Virus record (IMG/VR): IMGVR_UViG_3300029267_000809
Span: 1 to 42,928 of that record
DNA from: a virus
Taxonomy: Duplodnaviria; Caudoviricetes
Direction: 5' to 3' (one strand)
Length of the DNA stretch: 42,928 nucleotides
The position numbers and the translations under genes were made by a program. Of this stretch, positions 9,589-19,211 are shown one piece after another (position 1 is the stretch's first letter; every line of letters starts with the position of its first letter). The notes below the pieces were generated by a model. That model was not told where the DNA came from, did no database searches, and was given only the letters and a program-made list of their open reading frames with translations.

Positions 9589-11114
9589 AAATGTTATTAG
9601 ATCATCGAGGGGAACCAATCCGAAAATCCCCAACACAGATTTCGCATCGAGAATACATGGCAATGAAAGCCAAGTACGATGCTAGTTCAAATGATGACTT
9701 TGCCCTTGAAAATCATTGGTTGAATACAGACAACCTTGATCCCCACTCAGCCAACAGCTATGAAGTTCGTAAACGTCTTCGTTCCAGAAGTCGCTATGAA
9801 ATCATTGAGAACAATCCCTATCTCAAGGGAATTGCACTCACCCTAGCTAACGATTTCATCGGTAGTGGTCCCAAGCTGAAAATCACAGATAAACGCATTC
9901 CTAAAGAAGTGGCCCGTAACATCGAGCAACGCTTCATGGAATGGTCGAAGCATATCAACCTTCGACGTAAACTGTGGAGACTCCGACTTGCCAAACTGGT
10001 CGATGGTGAAGGGATTGGTATCTTCTACAGCAACCGCAAAGAGTATCCCATCAAACTTGATATCGATGTAATCGAGACCGACAGAATCAGTAGTGAAGAG
10101 GTAAGACCGCTTCTCCAACCTGATGAAGTCGATGGTATCAAGTTTGACAGACATGGGAATCCAAAAAAGTATTTCCTGCTCAAACATCATCCAGGCAGTA
10201 CCCAACAAAACTATACCCTCCAAAAACGTGAAGGTAATTGGGTCAAGGCAAAGTGGATTATCCATTGGTTCCGACAAGATCGTGGTTGGTTGCGTGGTAT
10301 CCCTGAAACGACACCCTCACTTCCCCTCTGTGCTTTGCTTCGACGCTACACCCTAGCTGTCGTCAAAGCAGCGGAATCGGCAGCAGGTTTCTCGGTACTC
10401 TTGGAAACGGATGGTCCCCCCTCTGTTGTCTCCTACGGTGACGATGATGACCCATTCGATATGTTTCCGATTTCTCACGGTATGATGACCACCCTGCCGT
10501 GGGGACACAAAATGAAACAACTGACACCGGAACACCCAATGTCGGTTTATGATGCTTTTGTCGATGCTCTGTTGAAAGAGATCACTCGACCCCTGATGGT
10601 TCCTTTCAACATTGCTGGTGGAACTTCCAAAGATTCCAACATGGCAAGTGCTGTGGTCGATGCTCATATCTATAAAGCATCAGGGGAACAAGAAAGGTAT
10701 CACTGTGAAGAAGAAGTCCTCGATGCCAACGTCTTGCCCCGCTGGTGGGAAGAAGCAATCAGGACTCCCGGCTACCTCCAAGGGGGAGTCATCCCAAGCA
10801 TTACCGCAGAGAACCCAACACTACAAGACAGTGTACCCATGCACCGCTGGGGATGGGATCGTATCGGTCTCGATCATACGGACCCACAAAAAGTCGCCAA
10901 CAGTCTCAAAACCCTCCGAGAAAACAAGTTCATCACTGATCGCTGGATTCAAGAAACTTATTACAACCGTGATATCGAGGATTGGCGGGAAGAGATTGAA
11001 GAGGATGAAGACTTCCGGCAAAAGATTACACCGGAACCAGTAGCCCCCGAACCAGGACAGCAACAGCCTGGGAAGAATGGACAACCACAACAACCGGGAC
11101 AGTCAAAGAAATGA
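9585..11114 (+). CDS. phage portal protein, lambda family
   Basis: LRSRSRYEIIENNPYLKG, LVDGEG, DGIKFDRHGNP..Y, IIHWF....RGIP motifs; synteny. Confidence 0.9.
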   Translation: MKMLLDHRGEPIRKSPTQISHREYMAMKAKYDASSNDDFALENHWLNTDNLDPHSANSYEVRKRLRSRSRYEIIENNPYLKGIALTLANDFIGSGPKLKITDKRIPKEVARNIEQRFMEWSKHINLRRKLWRLRLAKLVDGEGIGIFYSNRKEYPIKLDIDVIETDRISSEEVRPLLQPDEVDGIKFDRHGNPKKYFLLKHHPGSTQQNYTLQKREGNWVKAKWIIHWFRQDRGWLRGIPETTPSLPLCALLRRYTLAVVKAAESAAGFSVLLETDGPPSVVSYGDDDDPFDMFPISHGMMTTLPWGHKMKQLTPEHPMSVYDAFVDALLKEITRPLMVPFNIAGGTSKDSNMASAVVDAHIYKASGEQERYHCEEEVLDANVLPRWWEEAIRTPGYLQGGVIPSITAENPTLQDSVPMHRWGWDRIGLDHTDPQKVANSLKTLRENKFITDRWIQETYYNRDIEDWREEIEEDEDFRQKITPEPVAPEPGQQQPGKNGQPQQPGQSKK

Positions 11115-11140
11115 TAGCGTCTATCATTGATCGCTCTTGA
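11112..11140 (+). promoter_or_regulatory. palindromic TGATAG-N3-CTATCA element, copy 2
   Basis: TGATAGCGTCTATCATTGATCGCTCTTGA, beginning at the portal stop codon, upstream of capsid gene. Confidence 0.65.
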
Positions 11141-11248
11141 ATTGTTCAAGACTGCCTGACAAAATACACACAGTTTATTTCCAGAAATGAGAACTCAGAA
11201 TCTTAGATTCATCGTACTTCTGATTCTACGAATCAAAAGGATCACACA

Positions 11249-13474
11249 ATGAAACTCAGACCTAAACCTAAATCGCTGTTGATTCCAGGTTTCCTACGGG
11301 CAGGTAAGGTAGACATTCCTGAAAGCCTTGCCCTTCCTGGTAAACTCGAAATCGCAGCAGTCCAGAAAGATGCAGAGGGTAAAGAAAAACTTCCCCTTAT
11401 TCATCTTTCAGCCAACAGTGGGGAACCAATGAACCTCACTGGTTTTCCCTTTCCCGTAGTGATTGATTTCGTAGGTGCGTCTTTTGACAAACCCAAGACT
11501 CCAATCATTATGGATCACGATACGAGTCTCAGACTTGGCTATACCACCAAACAAGAGATTGGTGAGAAGATCACCGCTGATGGTTTAGTTTCGTCTACGT
11601 CGGAAGTCGCCAAGTCATTCATTTCGGATGCTCGTGGCGGTTTTCCATTCCAAGTTTCGGTAGGTGCTTCTATCCAAGACGGTTATATCGTTGAAGAGGG
11701 TGATACGGATACCGTCAACGGCAGGACTGTTAGCGGTCCTGTTATTGTTGCCAGTAAGTCTAAGATCCGAGAACTCTCGGTATTGGTACTTGGTGCTGAC
11801 AGCAAAACATCTGCCATCGTCGCTAAGGTGAAGAACAATCCCTCTTCCACAGGAGTACATGAAATGAAGTTTGCAGAATGGCTAAAAGCCTATTGCAAGT
11901 CTCTTGGTCTCGATGTCAATAAGTTGACTGACGATCAAAAGACTCGCCTCAAGGCAACTTATGATGCCGAGATCAAGGCAGGTTCTATTGATCCTCCGAA
12001 GAAACCGGAAGATCCCCCGACTGCCCCTGGTCTGGATCTCAAAAAGATTGCTGCCCAGCACGAAAAGATCGAACGTGTCTCCGAGATCTTCGCAAAATAC
12101 GAAGATGTCAAGGGTCCGTTCGAGATCGACGGTCAGACCTTCAAGACCCGTAGTGCTTTGAAAGCACATGCTATCGAGAAAGAATGGTCGGAGGACAAAG
12201 TGGAACTCAACCTGATCCATGCTTCTCGACCTGATCCCGAAGGATTCCGTGGAATCCACATGAAGGGAACCCCTGAGAACGAATTGCTTGCCCAATCGAT
12301 TCGTGTCTCGATGCTTCGCAAGATGAATGTTCCTGCCCTTGCCAAGTCCAAGAAAGATGGCAGGGAATTCGGTGTCGAGAAATGGTACAGTGAGAAGGAA
12401 TTGGAAGCAGCGGATCATGTTTCTGTCCGAAACATTTCGCTCACCCGAATCTTCGATCTACAGATCCAAGCTGCTGGTATGGCTCCCTTCATTGGGGACA
12501 AGACCAGCAAGGAATACTTCCAAACGGTCAAAGAAGCAAACCGTCTCATTCGTGCTGCCGGTCAAGGCTTCACGACTCTCGGTGTTGCCAACATCTTTGA
12601 CGATGTGATGCACAAAGCAACCATCGCATCTTACCAGATGTATAACACCGTCTGGGATCAGATCGCTCAAGTGAAGTCACTCAATGACTTCCGTGCTCAC
12701 AACTTCTACCGTCTGGATGTCCACGGTGGTTACAGCAAAGTCAACTCTGACGGTAAGCTGGCACAGGGAACCATGACGGATGCGAAGTACAGCTTGCAAG
12801 CCGACACCTACGGAATGCTGATGGTCCTTGGTCGTCAACAGATGATTAACGACGATCTCGGTGTTCTGGAAAATGGTGCTCGCAGCATTGCTCGACTCGC
12901 TGCCCTGGTTCCCGAAGAGTTGGTCTGGGATCTGCTTGGTACGAACAAAGCATCCTTCCCGACTGTGGCAACCAACAAGGATCTCAGCATTGACGGTATC
13001 ACCGAAGCTGAACAGATCTATGCCGATCAAGTTGACAGTGGTGGCAAACCCATCCTGGTCAGTCCTGATCGTCTGATCGTCGGTACTCAGGATTCCGTGC
13101 TTGCCAAGGATCTCTTTGGTACTCGCAACCTGTTGGCCGATGGTGTTGGGAATGCGGCAAGTCGAGACTTCGCTGAGAACCCGCACGTTGGCAAGTACCG
13201 ACCGCTTTCGAGTCCGTACATGAACAACACTTCGATCAAGAAGGTTACCGATGGTACGGCGATTACCGGACAGACCAGCAACCACTGGTTCCTCTCTGGT
13301 GACCCCGGCACACTCGCGGCTATCCTGATCGGGTTCCTCAACGGGAATCAGGTTCCGACCACGGAAACTGATGACACCGCTTTCGATACTCTTGGTATCC
13401 AGGTCCGAAGTTACCATGATGTCGGTGTCGGCATGGGTGACCTCAAGGCAATGGTTTACTCCGCTGGTGCATAA
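11249..13474 (+). CDS. fused prohead protease-scaffold-major capsid protein (Mu gpT-like C-terminus)
   Basis: Protease motifs IIMDHD, FQVSVGA, RELSV..LGAD; capsid motifs TYG......RQQMINDDLG, YHDVGVG; in-frame internal AGGAG-ATG at 11864. Confidence 0.9.
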   Translation: MKLRPKPKSLLIPGFLRAGKVDIPESLALPGKLEIAAVQKDAEGKEKLPLIHLSANSGEPMNLTGFPFPVVIDFVGASFDKPKTPIIMDHDTSLRLGYTTKQEIGEKITADGLVSSTSEVAKSFISDARGGFPFQVSVGASIQDGYIVEEGDTDTVNGRTVSGPVIVASKSKIRELSVLVLGADSKTSAIVAKVKNNPSSTGVHEMKFAEWLKAYCKSLGLDVNKLTDDQKTRLKATYDAEIKAGSIDPPKKPEDPPTAPGLDLKKIAAQHEKIERVSEIFAKYEDVKGPFEIDGQTFKTRSALKAHAIEKEWSEDKVELNLIHASRPDPEGFRGIHMKGTPENELLAQSIRVSMLRKMNVPALAKSKKDGREFGVEKWYSEKELEAADHVSVRNISLTRIFDLQIQAAGMAPFIGDKTSKEYFQTVKEANRLIRAAGQGFTTLGVANIFDDVMHKATIASYQMYNTVWDQIAQVKSLNDFRAHNFYRLDVHGGYSKVNSDGKLAQGTMTDAKYSLQADTYGMLMVLGRQQMINDDLGVLENGARSIARLAALVPEELVWDLLGTNKASFPTVATNKDLSIDGITEAEQIYADQVDSGGKPILVSPDRLIVGTQDSVLAKDLFGTRNLLADGVGNAASRDFAENPHVGKYRPLSSPYMNNTSIKKVTDGTAITGQTSNHWFLSGDPGTLAAILIGFLNGNQVPTTETDDTAFDTLGIQVRSYHDVGVGMGDLKAMVYSAGA

Positions 13475-13535
13475 GGTCTTTTCTTCCAGAAAGTAACCTA
13501 CACCTTTTCCCAAACACATTAGGAGTTATGAGACA

Positions 13536-14333
13536 ATGACGTATAAGTATAACATTCCTTCTGGGATTGATACTCTGCATCGGTCGGAAGCAGACCGATT
13601 GTATCACACTCCCGGTTCTGCCCTTGCGGCAGGGGATATTGTTCAACCGGGAGGTAGCATCCTTGGGTTCGTGGACAATGCCATTGCTGCAAGTGCTCGC
13701 GGTAACCTCGCTACCGCGAAGTCTGGTGTCCGTCTTGCTGCTGCTGCTTCGGCTACTACCTTCTCGGTAGGTGACGAAGTGTGGTGGGATGCTTCCGCTG
13801 AGAAAGCGGTTGCTCCCAACCTTGCAGTTGGTGATGGTGACATTCCTCTTGGCATCTGCTGCGAAGCAAAAGTCAGCGGTGCTAACTGTGTCGCCTTTAT
13901 CCCCTTCGACATCACCTCACGCTACAATGCAATCAACCCGTTCGTCTACGAGTTTGATTGTGATGGAGACAATGGTGATACCGATGAACACATTCTGATT
14001 CCCGCCAACCAGAATGTCTACGGTCTTCTCTACCGTGGATGTTGGGGTATCGTCACGGAACAGATGGCAGGTTCTTCGGAAGACCAGGGTGTGGTTACCA
14101 TCGAAGACAGTGATGACAATGCCATCGCAACACTGACCGCAAGTGATGCTGCTGCCGATGCTGTCAACGATGTCATCGTTGGAACCAGTGATGTCTTCTC
14201 AGCTACCACAGGTGATGCTGCCAAGGTGGTTGCTGCTGGCAAGGCTGTGCAAGGCTTCGTCAGTCAGCAAACGTCCGGTGGTACTCCCGCTGGTAAGATC
14301 AAAGTCTACCTGGATGTTGTTCCGCTGATCTAA
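13536..14333 (+). CDS. DUF2190-like capsid cement protein with C-terminal extra domain
   Basis: YHTPGSALAAGDIV...TFSVGDEVWWD...LG pattern directly after capsid; AGGAG RBS. Confidence 0.7.
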   Translation: MTYKYNIPSGIDTLHRSEADRLYHTPGSALAAGDIVQPGGSILGFVDNAIAASARGNLATAKSGVRLAAAASATTFSVGDEVWWDASAEKAVAPNLAVGDGDIPLGICCEAKVSGANCVAFIPFDITSRYNAINPFVYEFDCDGDNGDTDEHILIPANQNVYGLLYRGCWGIVTEQMAGSSEDQGVVTIEDSDDNAIATLTASDAAADAVNDVIVGTSDVFSATTGDAAKVVAAGKAVQGFVSQQTSGGTPAGKIKVYLDVVPLI

Positions 14334-14334
14334 C

Positions 14335-14697
14335 ATGACATATTCACTCTCAGAACGGTTTTCATACATCGGCCCCCGTATGGCGGGTATCGATGGAGAT
14401 ACGGTCACCTACCATCGAGGTGGTAGCTCTGTATCCTTGACAGCAGTTCCACAGGAAATGTCTCCTGATGAACTAGCTGCCTACGGGATGCCGGTGGATG
14501 AAACCGTTAGAGTGTTTGTCATTGATTCGGCAGATCTTGAAATTGACGGTTGTGTAACCCTTCCCCGACCGGGAGACTGGATCAAACACGACAGCATTAA
14601 ATGCAAAGTCGCCCCCGTTGGGGAGGGGCAACCGTCTTATCGTCACACGACCCACACCAGGGATCGACTGATGATCTACACAAAGGTAATTGGATAA
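14335..14697 (+). CDS. head-tail joining protein (gpFII-like)
   Basis: TVTYHRG...PRPGDWI...IYTK; 120 aa; synteny. Confidence 0.65.
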   Translation: MTYSLSERFSYIGPRMAGIDGDTVTYHRGGSSVSLTAVPQEMSPDELAAYGMPVDETVRVFVIDSADLEIDGCVTLPRPGDWIKHDSIKCKVAPVGEGQPSYRHTTHTRDRLMIYTKVIG

Positions 14698-15188
14698 TGT
14701 CATCGGTACTCGCCCAACTTGCTACTAAAATGGAAGCAGCAATTGTCACCAAGCGTGACAACGGGAACTATGTAGATAACTCGTTTACAACCGAGAGAAC
14801 CTACATGCCGATAGCTACTCTCGAATCCATCGAAGGAAAACCGAGAGTAATCCTAATCCCATTACCCGTAGAAGACACGGTACTTACTAGAGGAAATTCT
14901 TACCAGAAGGATGCCCAAGTTCAGGTAGGAATTCAATGTGGTGTTGATAATAGTGACGATGATGAGATTGATAAATTCCTCGAACTAGAGGAAGAGATCA
15001 GACACACCCTGTTACAGACTTTTACCCTGGATACGACAAGTATACGATTTTCCCCACAGAGCATCGAACCGCTTACGGATGAAAGTGGTACACCGTTCAA
15101 CTATACGGGGATGAGAGAGGGAAGTGTTTTTGAGGTGTACTTCACCGTGACGTATGCCTGTGTAATCGACAACTCTCTAGGAGTTTAA
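14697..15188 (+). CDS. putative tail terminator/completion protein
   Basis: ATG 14697 coupled to previous stop (TAATG); lies before tail tube. Confidence 0.55.
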   Translation: MSSVLAQLATKMEAAIVTKRDNGNYVDNSFTTERTYMPIATLESIEGKPRVILIPLPVEDTVLTRGNSYQKDAQVQVGIQCGVDNSDDDEIDKFLELEEEIRHTLLQTFTLDTTSIRFSPQSIEPLTDESGTPFNYTGMREGSVFEVYFTVTYACVIDNSLGV

Positions 15189-15191
15189 CCA

Positions 15192-15677
15192 ATGGCACTA
15201 GACGGTCCAAAAACAGGCCATGATATGTTCCTGTACTACAATGCAGGTTCGTATGCTACGCCTACTTGGACAGTCATCGATGAAATCGGTGATGTGTCCA
15301 TATCAGAATTTACCAGGGCTGTTGCCGAACTTCGTCGCCGTGCTTCGGAATTCGCCAAGGGTCTTGCTGGTACTTTTGATCCGATCAATGTTGAGTTTGA
15401 ACTGCGTCACGGTTTGACTGAGGCAGTCTTTGAAGCCCTCCGTGCTGCTTTCTTTGCCGGTACTAATATGGAATTCCAGATTATGTCTGGGGACATTACC
15501 AGTGCCGATGCAGAAGGTTTACGGGCATACTTCATCATCAGTCAGTTCCCTTGGGAACAACCACTGGACGATGTTTCAAACCATTCCGTTCGTCTTACGC
15601 TTGCCTATCAGAATGATTCATCTGATGTTGAGATTGATCCTTCTTGGGTTGCGTATACCGGCGGAACTTTGGAGTAA
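15192..15677 (+). CDS. major tail (tube) protein
   Basis: LYYNAGSYATPTWT.I..I.DV...GLRA.F...FPWEQPLDD; AGGAG RBS; followed by terminator. Confidence 0.75.
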   Translation: MALDGPKTGHDMFLYYNAGSYATPTWTVIDEIGDVSISEFTRAVAELRRRASEFAKGLAGTFDPINVEFELRHGLTEAVFEALRAAFFAGTNMEFQIMSGDITSADAEGLRAYFIISQFPWEQPLDDVSNHSVRLTLAYQNDSSDVEIDPSWVAYTGGTLE

Positions 15678-15682
15678 TCCAA

Positions 15683-15694
15683 ACATAAACGCAA
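15683..15694 (+). promoter_or_regulatory. ACATAAACGCAA motif, copy 2
   Basis: 5 nt after tail tube stop, immediately before a terminator hairpin. Confidence 0.5.
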
Positions 15695-15699
15695 CAATA

Positions 15700-15733
15700 C
15701 CCACAGGGGCACTACGCCCCTAGTGGGTTTTTT
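15700..15733 (+). terminator. intrinsic terminator
   Basis: CCCAC-AGGGGC actac GCCCCT-a-GTGGG followed by TTTTTT. Confidence 0.8.
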
Positions 15734-15748
15734 CAAAAGGATTTTACT

Positions 15749-16123
15749 ATGAACGATGATGTTAAGAAAGTTTTGGAGAAGTTAACACTTCCTCCCGAAG
15801 CAGCGATTGCTGATCGAGTCACAGTGATGTCTGCTTCCAAGCTGACTGTCAAAGATCTCAAGACGATGGTAGAGAGCAATCCTAATCATCCCGCCTCGAT
15901 AGTTTATGCAAAAGCTATCAAGGATTATCCCGACCATCACATCATGGTAGTTGAAGATCTCGACATCGAAGGGATTGCAACCAATCGAGTGGTCTACATG
16001 GAAGAGACTTACATTCGGGAGAAGAATCAATTCATCCGTATGAAAAAACTCGGTGATGAGATCTTGGTTACTCCCAAGAAAACTCCCAAGAAGAAAACAC
16101 CACCCAAAGAAAAAACAAACTAG
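15749..16123 (+). CDS. hypothetical protein with TPKK-repeat basic tail
   Basis: 124 aa ORF, AAGGGA RBS, ends TPKKTPKKKTPPKEK. Confidence 0.65.
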   Translation: MNDDVKKVLEKLTLPPEAAIADRVTVMSASKLTVKDLKTMVESNPNHPASIVYAKAIKDYPDHHIMVVEDLDIEGIATNRVVYMEETYIREKNQFIRMKKLGDEILVTPKKTPKKKTPPKEKTN

Positions 16124-16174
16124 AAGGGGTAATCGTTTTCCTCCTTCCCATTTATCTGAAAGAGAGGGTCCGTA

Positions 16175-16609
16175 ATGTTTCCGTCTACTCGCACGTTTCT
16201 GTTAGGTCTTGCCGCTGGTGCTGTCATTCTTTGTGCTATGCTCACCGTGTTGTGGGCTCAACCGTCTGGTTGGGAAGTCCCCACACCAACACCACCGGCT
16301 GTCGTAGATACTCAACCCGATTCGTCGGAAAAAGAGATCTACACAAAGCTATCCGATTCCCCCGGTATCTCTTGGCGACAACGCCGAGAAATGGGAATCA
16401 CGTTCCGCAACATCCGAACGAAGATGAAGGAACTGAAAGTTGAGGGTCGCCTTGAGGACTTGGATCGTTCCGCCGCTGCTGCCCTCGTACTGGACGAACT
16501 GGTAGCAGACAATCCAAAAGCCTTTGCAGACCCATCGTTGGATTGGGACAGCTTGTTATCTTTCATCGAAAGGATACTTGCTATCATTGCCCGATTCATC
16601 AGTTTTTAA
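16175..16609 (+). CDS. membrane-anchored/secreted hypothetical protein
   Basis: Hydrophobic N-terminus FLLGLAAGAVILCAMLTVLWA; amphipathic C-terminal helix. Confidence 0.7.
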   Translation: MFPSTRTFLLGLAAGAVILCAMLTVLWAQPSGWEVPTPTPPAVVDTQPDSSEKEIYTKLSDSPGISWRQRREMGITFRNIRTKMKELKVEGRLEDLDRSAAAALVLDELVADNPKAFADPSLDWDSLLSFIERILAIIARFISF

Positions 16610-16633
16610 CTCTACCCATGAGAGGGGATAATT

Positions 16634-17359
16634 ATGTGTAAGGATTTTCCAGCTAGGCTATTACTAGTCCTAGCCCTGAGCATCCACACAATCGCTTCTA
16701 ACGCGATGTCTCAGGAACCCGCCCTGGTTTTCGATGGACCCTCTACGGTCGCATCAGGCGAGGAAATTGATCTCTTCGTGAAGGGACTGACCCTAGAAGA
16801 CATCCAAGACCCTGCCACGGTCCTCTCCTGCTACCCAAGAGGTGCAGGAATCCGTGCTAGGGGTTGTGTCGATTGGGGAATGCGACCTTTCGTAATCTTC
16901 TCGGCTAAACCTACGGGAAACTACTTGCTTTACGTTTCTTCCAGAAAAGGCTATGCCGAAATCGAAGTCACAGTCACAGGTGATGACAGTGATGATGAAG
17001 GGGAGGAAGAAAAAGAAGACGAAAACCCTCCGATGCCAGGTACTCGCCACCTTCGGATTATTTACGAGAACCAGGACTTGACGGTAGCACAAGCACAAGT
17101 CATTCGGAATCCGAAGATTCGGGAGTACCTACAGAACAAGGGACACCACTGGATTATCAGGGACAAGACCTTGTACCAGGGGGAGGATCAAACACCTGTG
17201 GGGAAGGTAGTTGCCAAGTACCTCAATATGGCAACCGACCAAGGAGTTTCACTCCCCGTACTCGCTATCGCAGACGATGACCTCAAGGTGCTTTACTTTG
17301 GACCTGTCCCCGATTCCGTGGACAAGGTTATTCGACTCATTCAAGACACAGGAGGTTAA
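16634..17359 (+). CDS. secreted two-domain hypothetical protein
   Basis: Signal-like RLLLVLALSIHTIASNA; acidic linker; C-terminal alpha/beta domain (SLPVLAI...GPVP). Confidence 0.7.
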   Translation: MCKDFPARLLLVLALSIHTIASNAMSQEPALVFDGPSTVASGEEIDLFVKGLTLEDIQDPATVLSCYPRGAGIRARGCVDWGMRPFVIFSAKPTGNYLLYVSSRKGYAEIEVTVTGDDSDDEGEEEKEDENPPMPGTRHLRIIYENQDLTVAQAQVIRNPKIREYLQNKGHHWIIRDKTLYQGEDQTPVGKVVAKYLNMATDQGVSLPVLAIADDDLKVLYFGPVPDSVDKVIRLIQDTGG

Positions 17360-17361
17360 TC

Positions 17362-18252
17362 GTGGCTAAGAAAAGAACTCCCCGCAAAAAAGCAGCACCT
17401 AAGAAAAGGGTTACCCCAAAGAATAATCCTGATCGTCATGTAGATCCCGATTCCGTGAACGTCAATGCTTGGCAGGTTCCCAACCTTGACATTGACGAAC
17501 TCAGAACGAGTATTACCAAAGAATGTAAAAAGCGTGCTACTACGCTTGGTGCTGATCCTATTGGTTCACCCGTCTTTGAAGACCGAATCAAGATGGTGGA
17601 CAAAAAGGAATGGGACCACTACATCGAAACTGTCGATTCTATCGAAGTCGATATGCCGTGGGTTCACGATCAGAATGGTGATGGTCAATGCACTTGTGAA
17701 GCAACTTCGACTGCTTATGAAGTACAGGACTTCATAGATGATGGTGCTGCTGTCCGTCATTCACCTGCCCACCTCTACAAGAGAATCAATGGTGGTGTAG
17801 ACCGTGGATCGAACATCGACCGTGCTTTGGAAGAGATTGCTGAGAACGGTTTACTTCCTGCTCCCAACCAAGGTTTTGAACATTCCTTCCCCCTGGTGGG
17901 TTGGAGAAATCGACACCCCGTTGGTTGGACAAGCACAGCCGAGCGTTTCAAAGCAACAGAATGGATGGATATTGCAACCTCAGAAGGATTCGTCAATGCT
18001 CTTTTTCGACGTTGGCCGGTCGTTTGGGGTCGCCGTGGACATGCCATCTGTGCTGTTAAACTCATCAAGGTCGATGGGATACTCTACATTCGTTCCAGAA
18101 ATTCATGGGGTCAGTACAAACTGTATCTCACAGATAGTTTCAGTACCCTTCAAAGGTACATCGATTACTATGGAGCGTGGGCATTATGCTCAACCAAACT
18201 GCGAACGAACGAATCAACGGGAGTCTCCACGGAACCTTCTACCGTCCTCTAA
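17362..18252 (+). CDS. papain-like (C1 family) cysteine peptidase
   Basis: VHDQNGDGQCTC (Gln, Cys), GHAIC (His), RNSWG (Asn); GGAGG-GTG start. Confidence 0.8.
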   Translation: MAKKRTPRKKAAPKKRVTPKNNPDRHVDPDSVNVNAWQVPNLDIDELRTSITKECKKRATTLGADPIGSPVFEDRIKMVDKKEWDHYIETVDSIEVDMPWVHDQNGDGQCTCEATSTAYEVQDFIDDGAAVRHSPAHLYKRINGGVDRGSNIDRALEEIAENGLLPAPNQGFEHSFPLVGWRNRHPVGWTSTAERFKATEWMDIATSEGFVNALFRRWPVVWGRRGHAICAVKLIKVDGILYIRSRNSWGQYKLYLTDSFSTLQRYIDYYGAWALCSTKLRTNESTGVSTEPSTVL

Positions 18253-18683
18253 GTGTAGAGTTAGTAGGAGTCCGTCGTTGGCGACTGTTGAAAGACCATA
18301 CCTACCGAACACCGCAAGGTGAAGTCTTCCAGGTTCCCTCTGGTGAAACAACAGACTTTGCCAGTGTTCCTAGAAAGCCCCTTGCGGTGTTGGGTCTGGT
18401 TGTTGTGGTTCTTGTAACCTACTTTGTACCGACTTACCTGTTTTGGTTTCTTCCACCCATTGTCTTAGCTTACCTTACTATGCCTACCAGGGAAGAAGGG
18501 GCTCCCGCTGCTGTTGTGCATGATTGGTTATACAGACAGCAAACAAAGAAGAAGAAAGCAGACAGAGTGTTTTACTATGGTCTTAGGGCATGTGGTGTAA
18601 GTCGTCCTTGGGCTTTCTTCTATTGGATCGCCGTTACATTATTCGGTGGTAAAGCATACCGACGACCCAAACTAGAAAGCTAG
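18177..18683 (+). CDS. DUF1353-like protein with inserted hydrophobic segment (start uncertain)
   Basis: VPSGETTDFASVPR, AAVVHDWLY, ADRVF...GVS motifs. Confidence 0.8.
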   Translation: MGIMLNQTANERINGSLHGTFYRPLSVELVGVRRWRLLKDHTYRTPQGEVFQVPSGETTDFASVPRKPLAVLGLVVVVLVTYFVPTYLFWFLPPIVLAYLTMPTREEGAPAAVVHDWLYRQQTKKKKADRVFYYGLRACGVSRPWAFFYWIAVTLFGGKAYRRPKLES

Positions 18684-18685
18684 AA

Positions 18686-19201
18686 ATGGAAAATCAGGAT
18701 AACAATGTACTCGATGATCTCATAGATAAAATTGCTGGTGAGAGTGGGATTATTGAGAGGGGAAAACAAACCGTTGTTTCTCTCGGTCCTATCTACAGTG
18801 TTTTACTGAAAGGACTTATTACTGTCCTCTCTGTGATTGCTCTGCCCTCTCTTGGTTGGTTTACTTGGGTAACACATACCAACATGAAGATGGAAGCATT
18901 CATGGAAGCAGGGGGACGCTTCACTCAGCATGATGGAGAAAATCTCAAGTACGAAGTCACAAAAGATACTGACAACAAGGTGATGGCTGTCGCCAAGGAG
19001 TTTCAAAAAGCAATCGAAGATGATAAAGAGGAACATCGGAAGGACTTGAAAGAGGTTCACGAAATTCTTGCCAAACTTCCACCCGAAGAATTTCGTGAGC
19101 GTATTAAAGCGGTGGAACAAAACCAACAACTGATACTTCAAAACCAACAAAGGCTGTTTACCATGATGGAGTATATACAAGGTAAACGACCGAATCCTTG
19201 A
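18686..19201 (+). CDS. single-pass membrane protein with coiled coil (holin/spanin-like candidate)
   Basis: Hydrophobic LLKGLITVLSVIALPSLGWFTWV followed by charged helical region. Confidence 0.6.
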   Translation: MENQDNNVLDDLIDKIAGESGIIERGKQTVVSLGPIYSVLLKGLITVLSVIALPSLGWFTWVTHTNMKMEAFMEAGGRFTQHDGENLKYEVTKDTDNKVMAVAKEFQKAIEDDKEEHRKDLKEVHEILAKLPPEEFRERIKAVEQNQQLILQNQQRLFTMMEYIQGKRPNP

Positions 19202-19211
19202 GAGGGAAAAA

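Noticed and set aside
12677-13519. 280 aa antisense ORF (and other shadow ORFs such as 11882-12418 and 18803-19402)
   Set aside because: They lie opposite well-supported genes, lack motifs and RBS, and are expected from codon bias.
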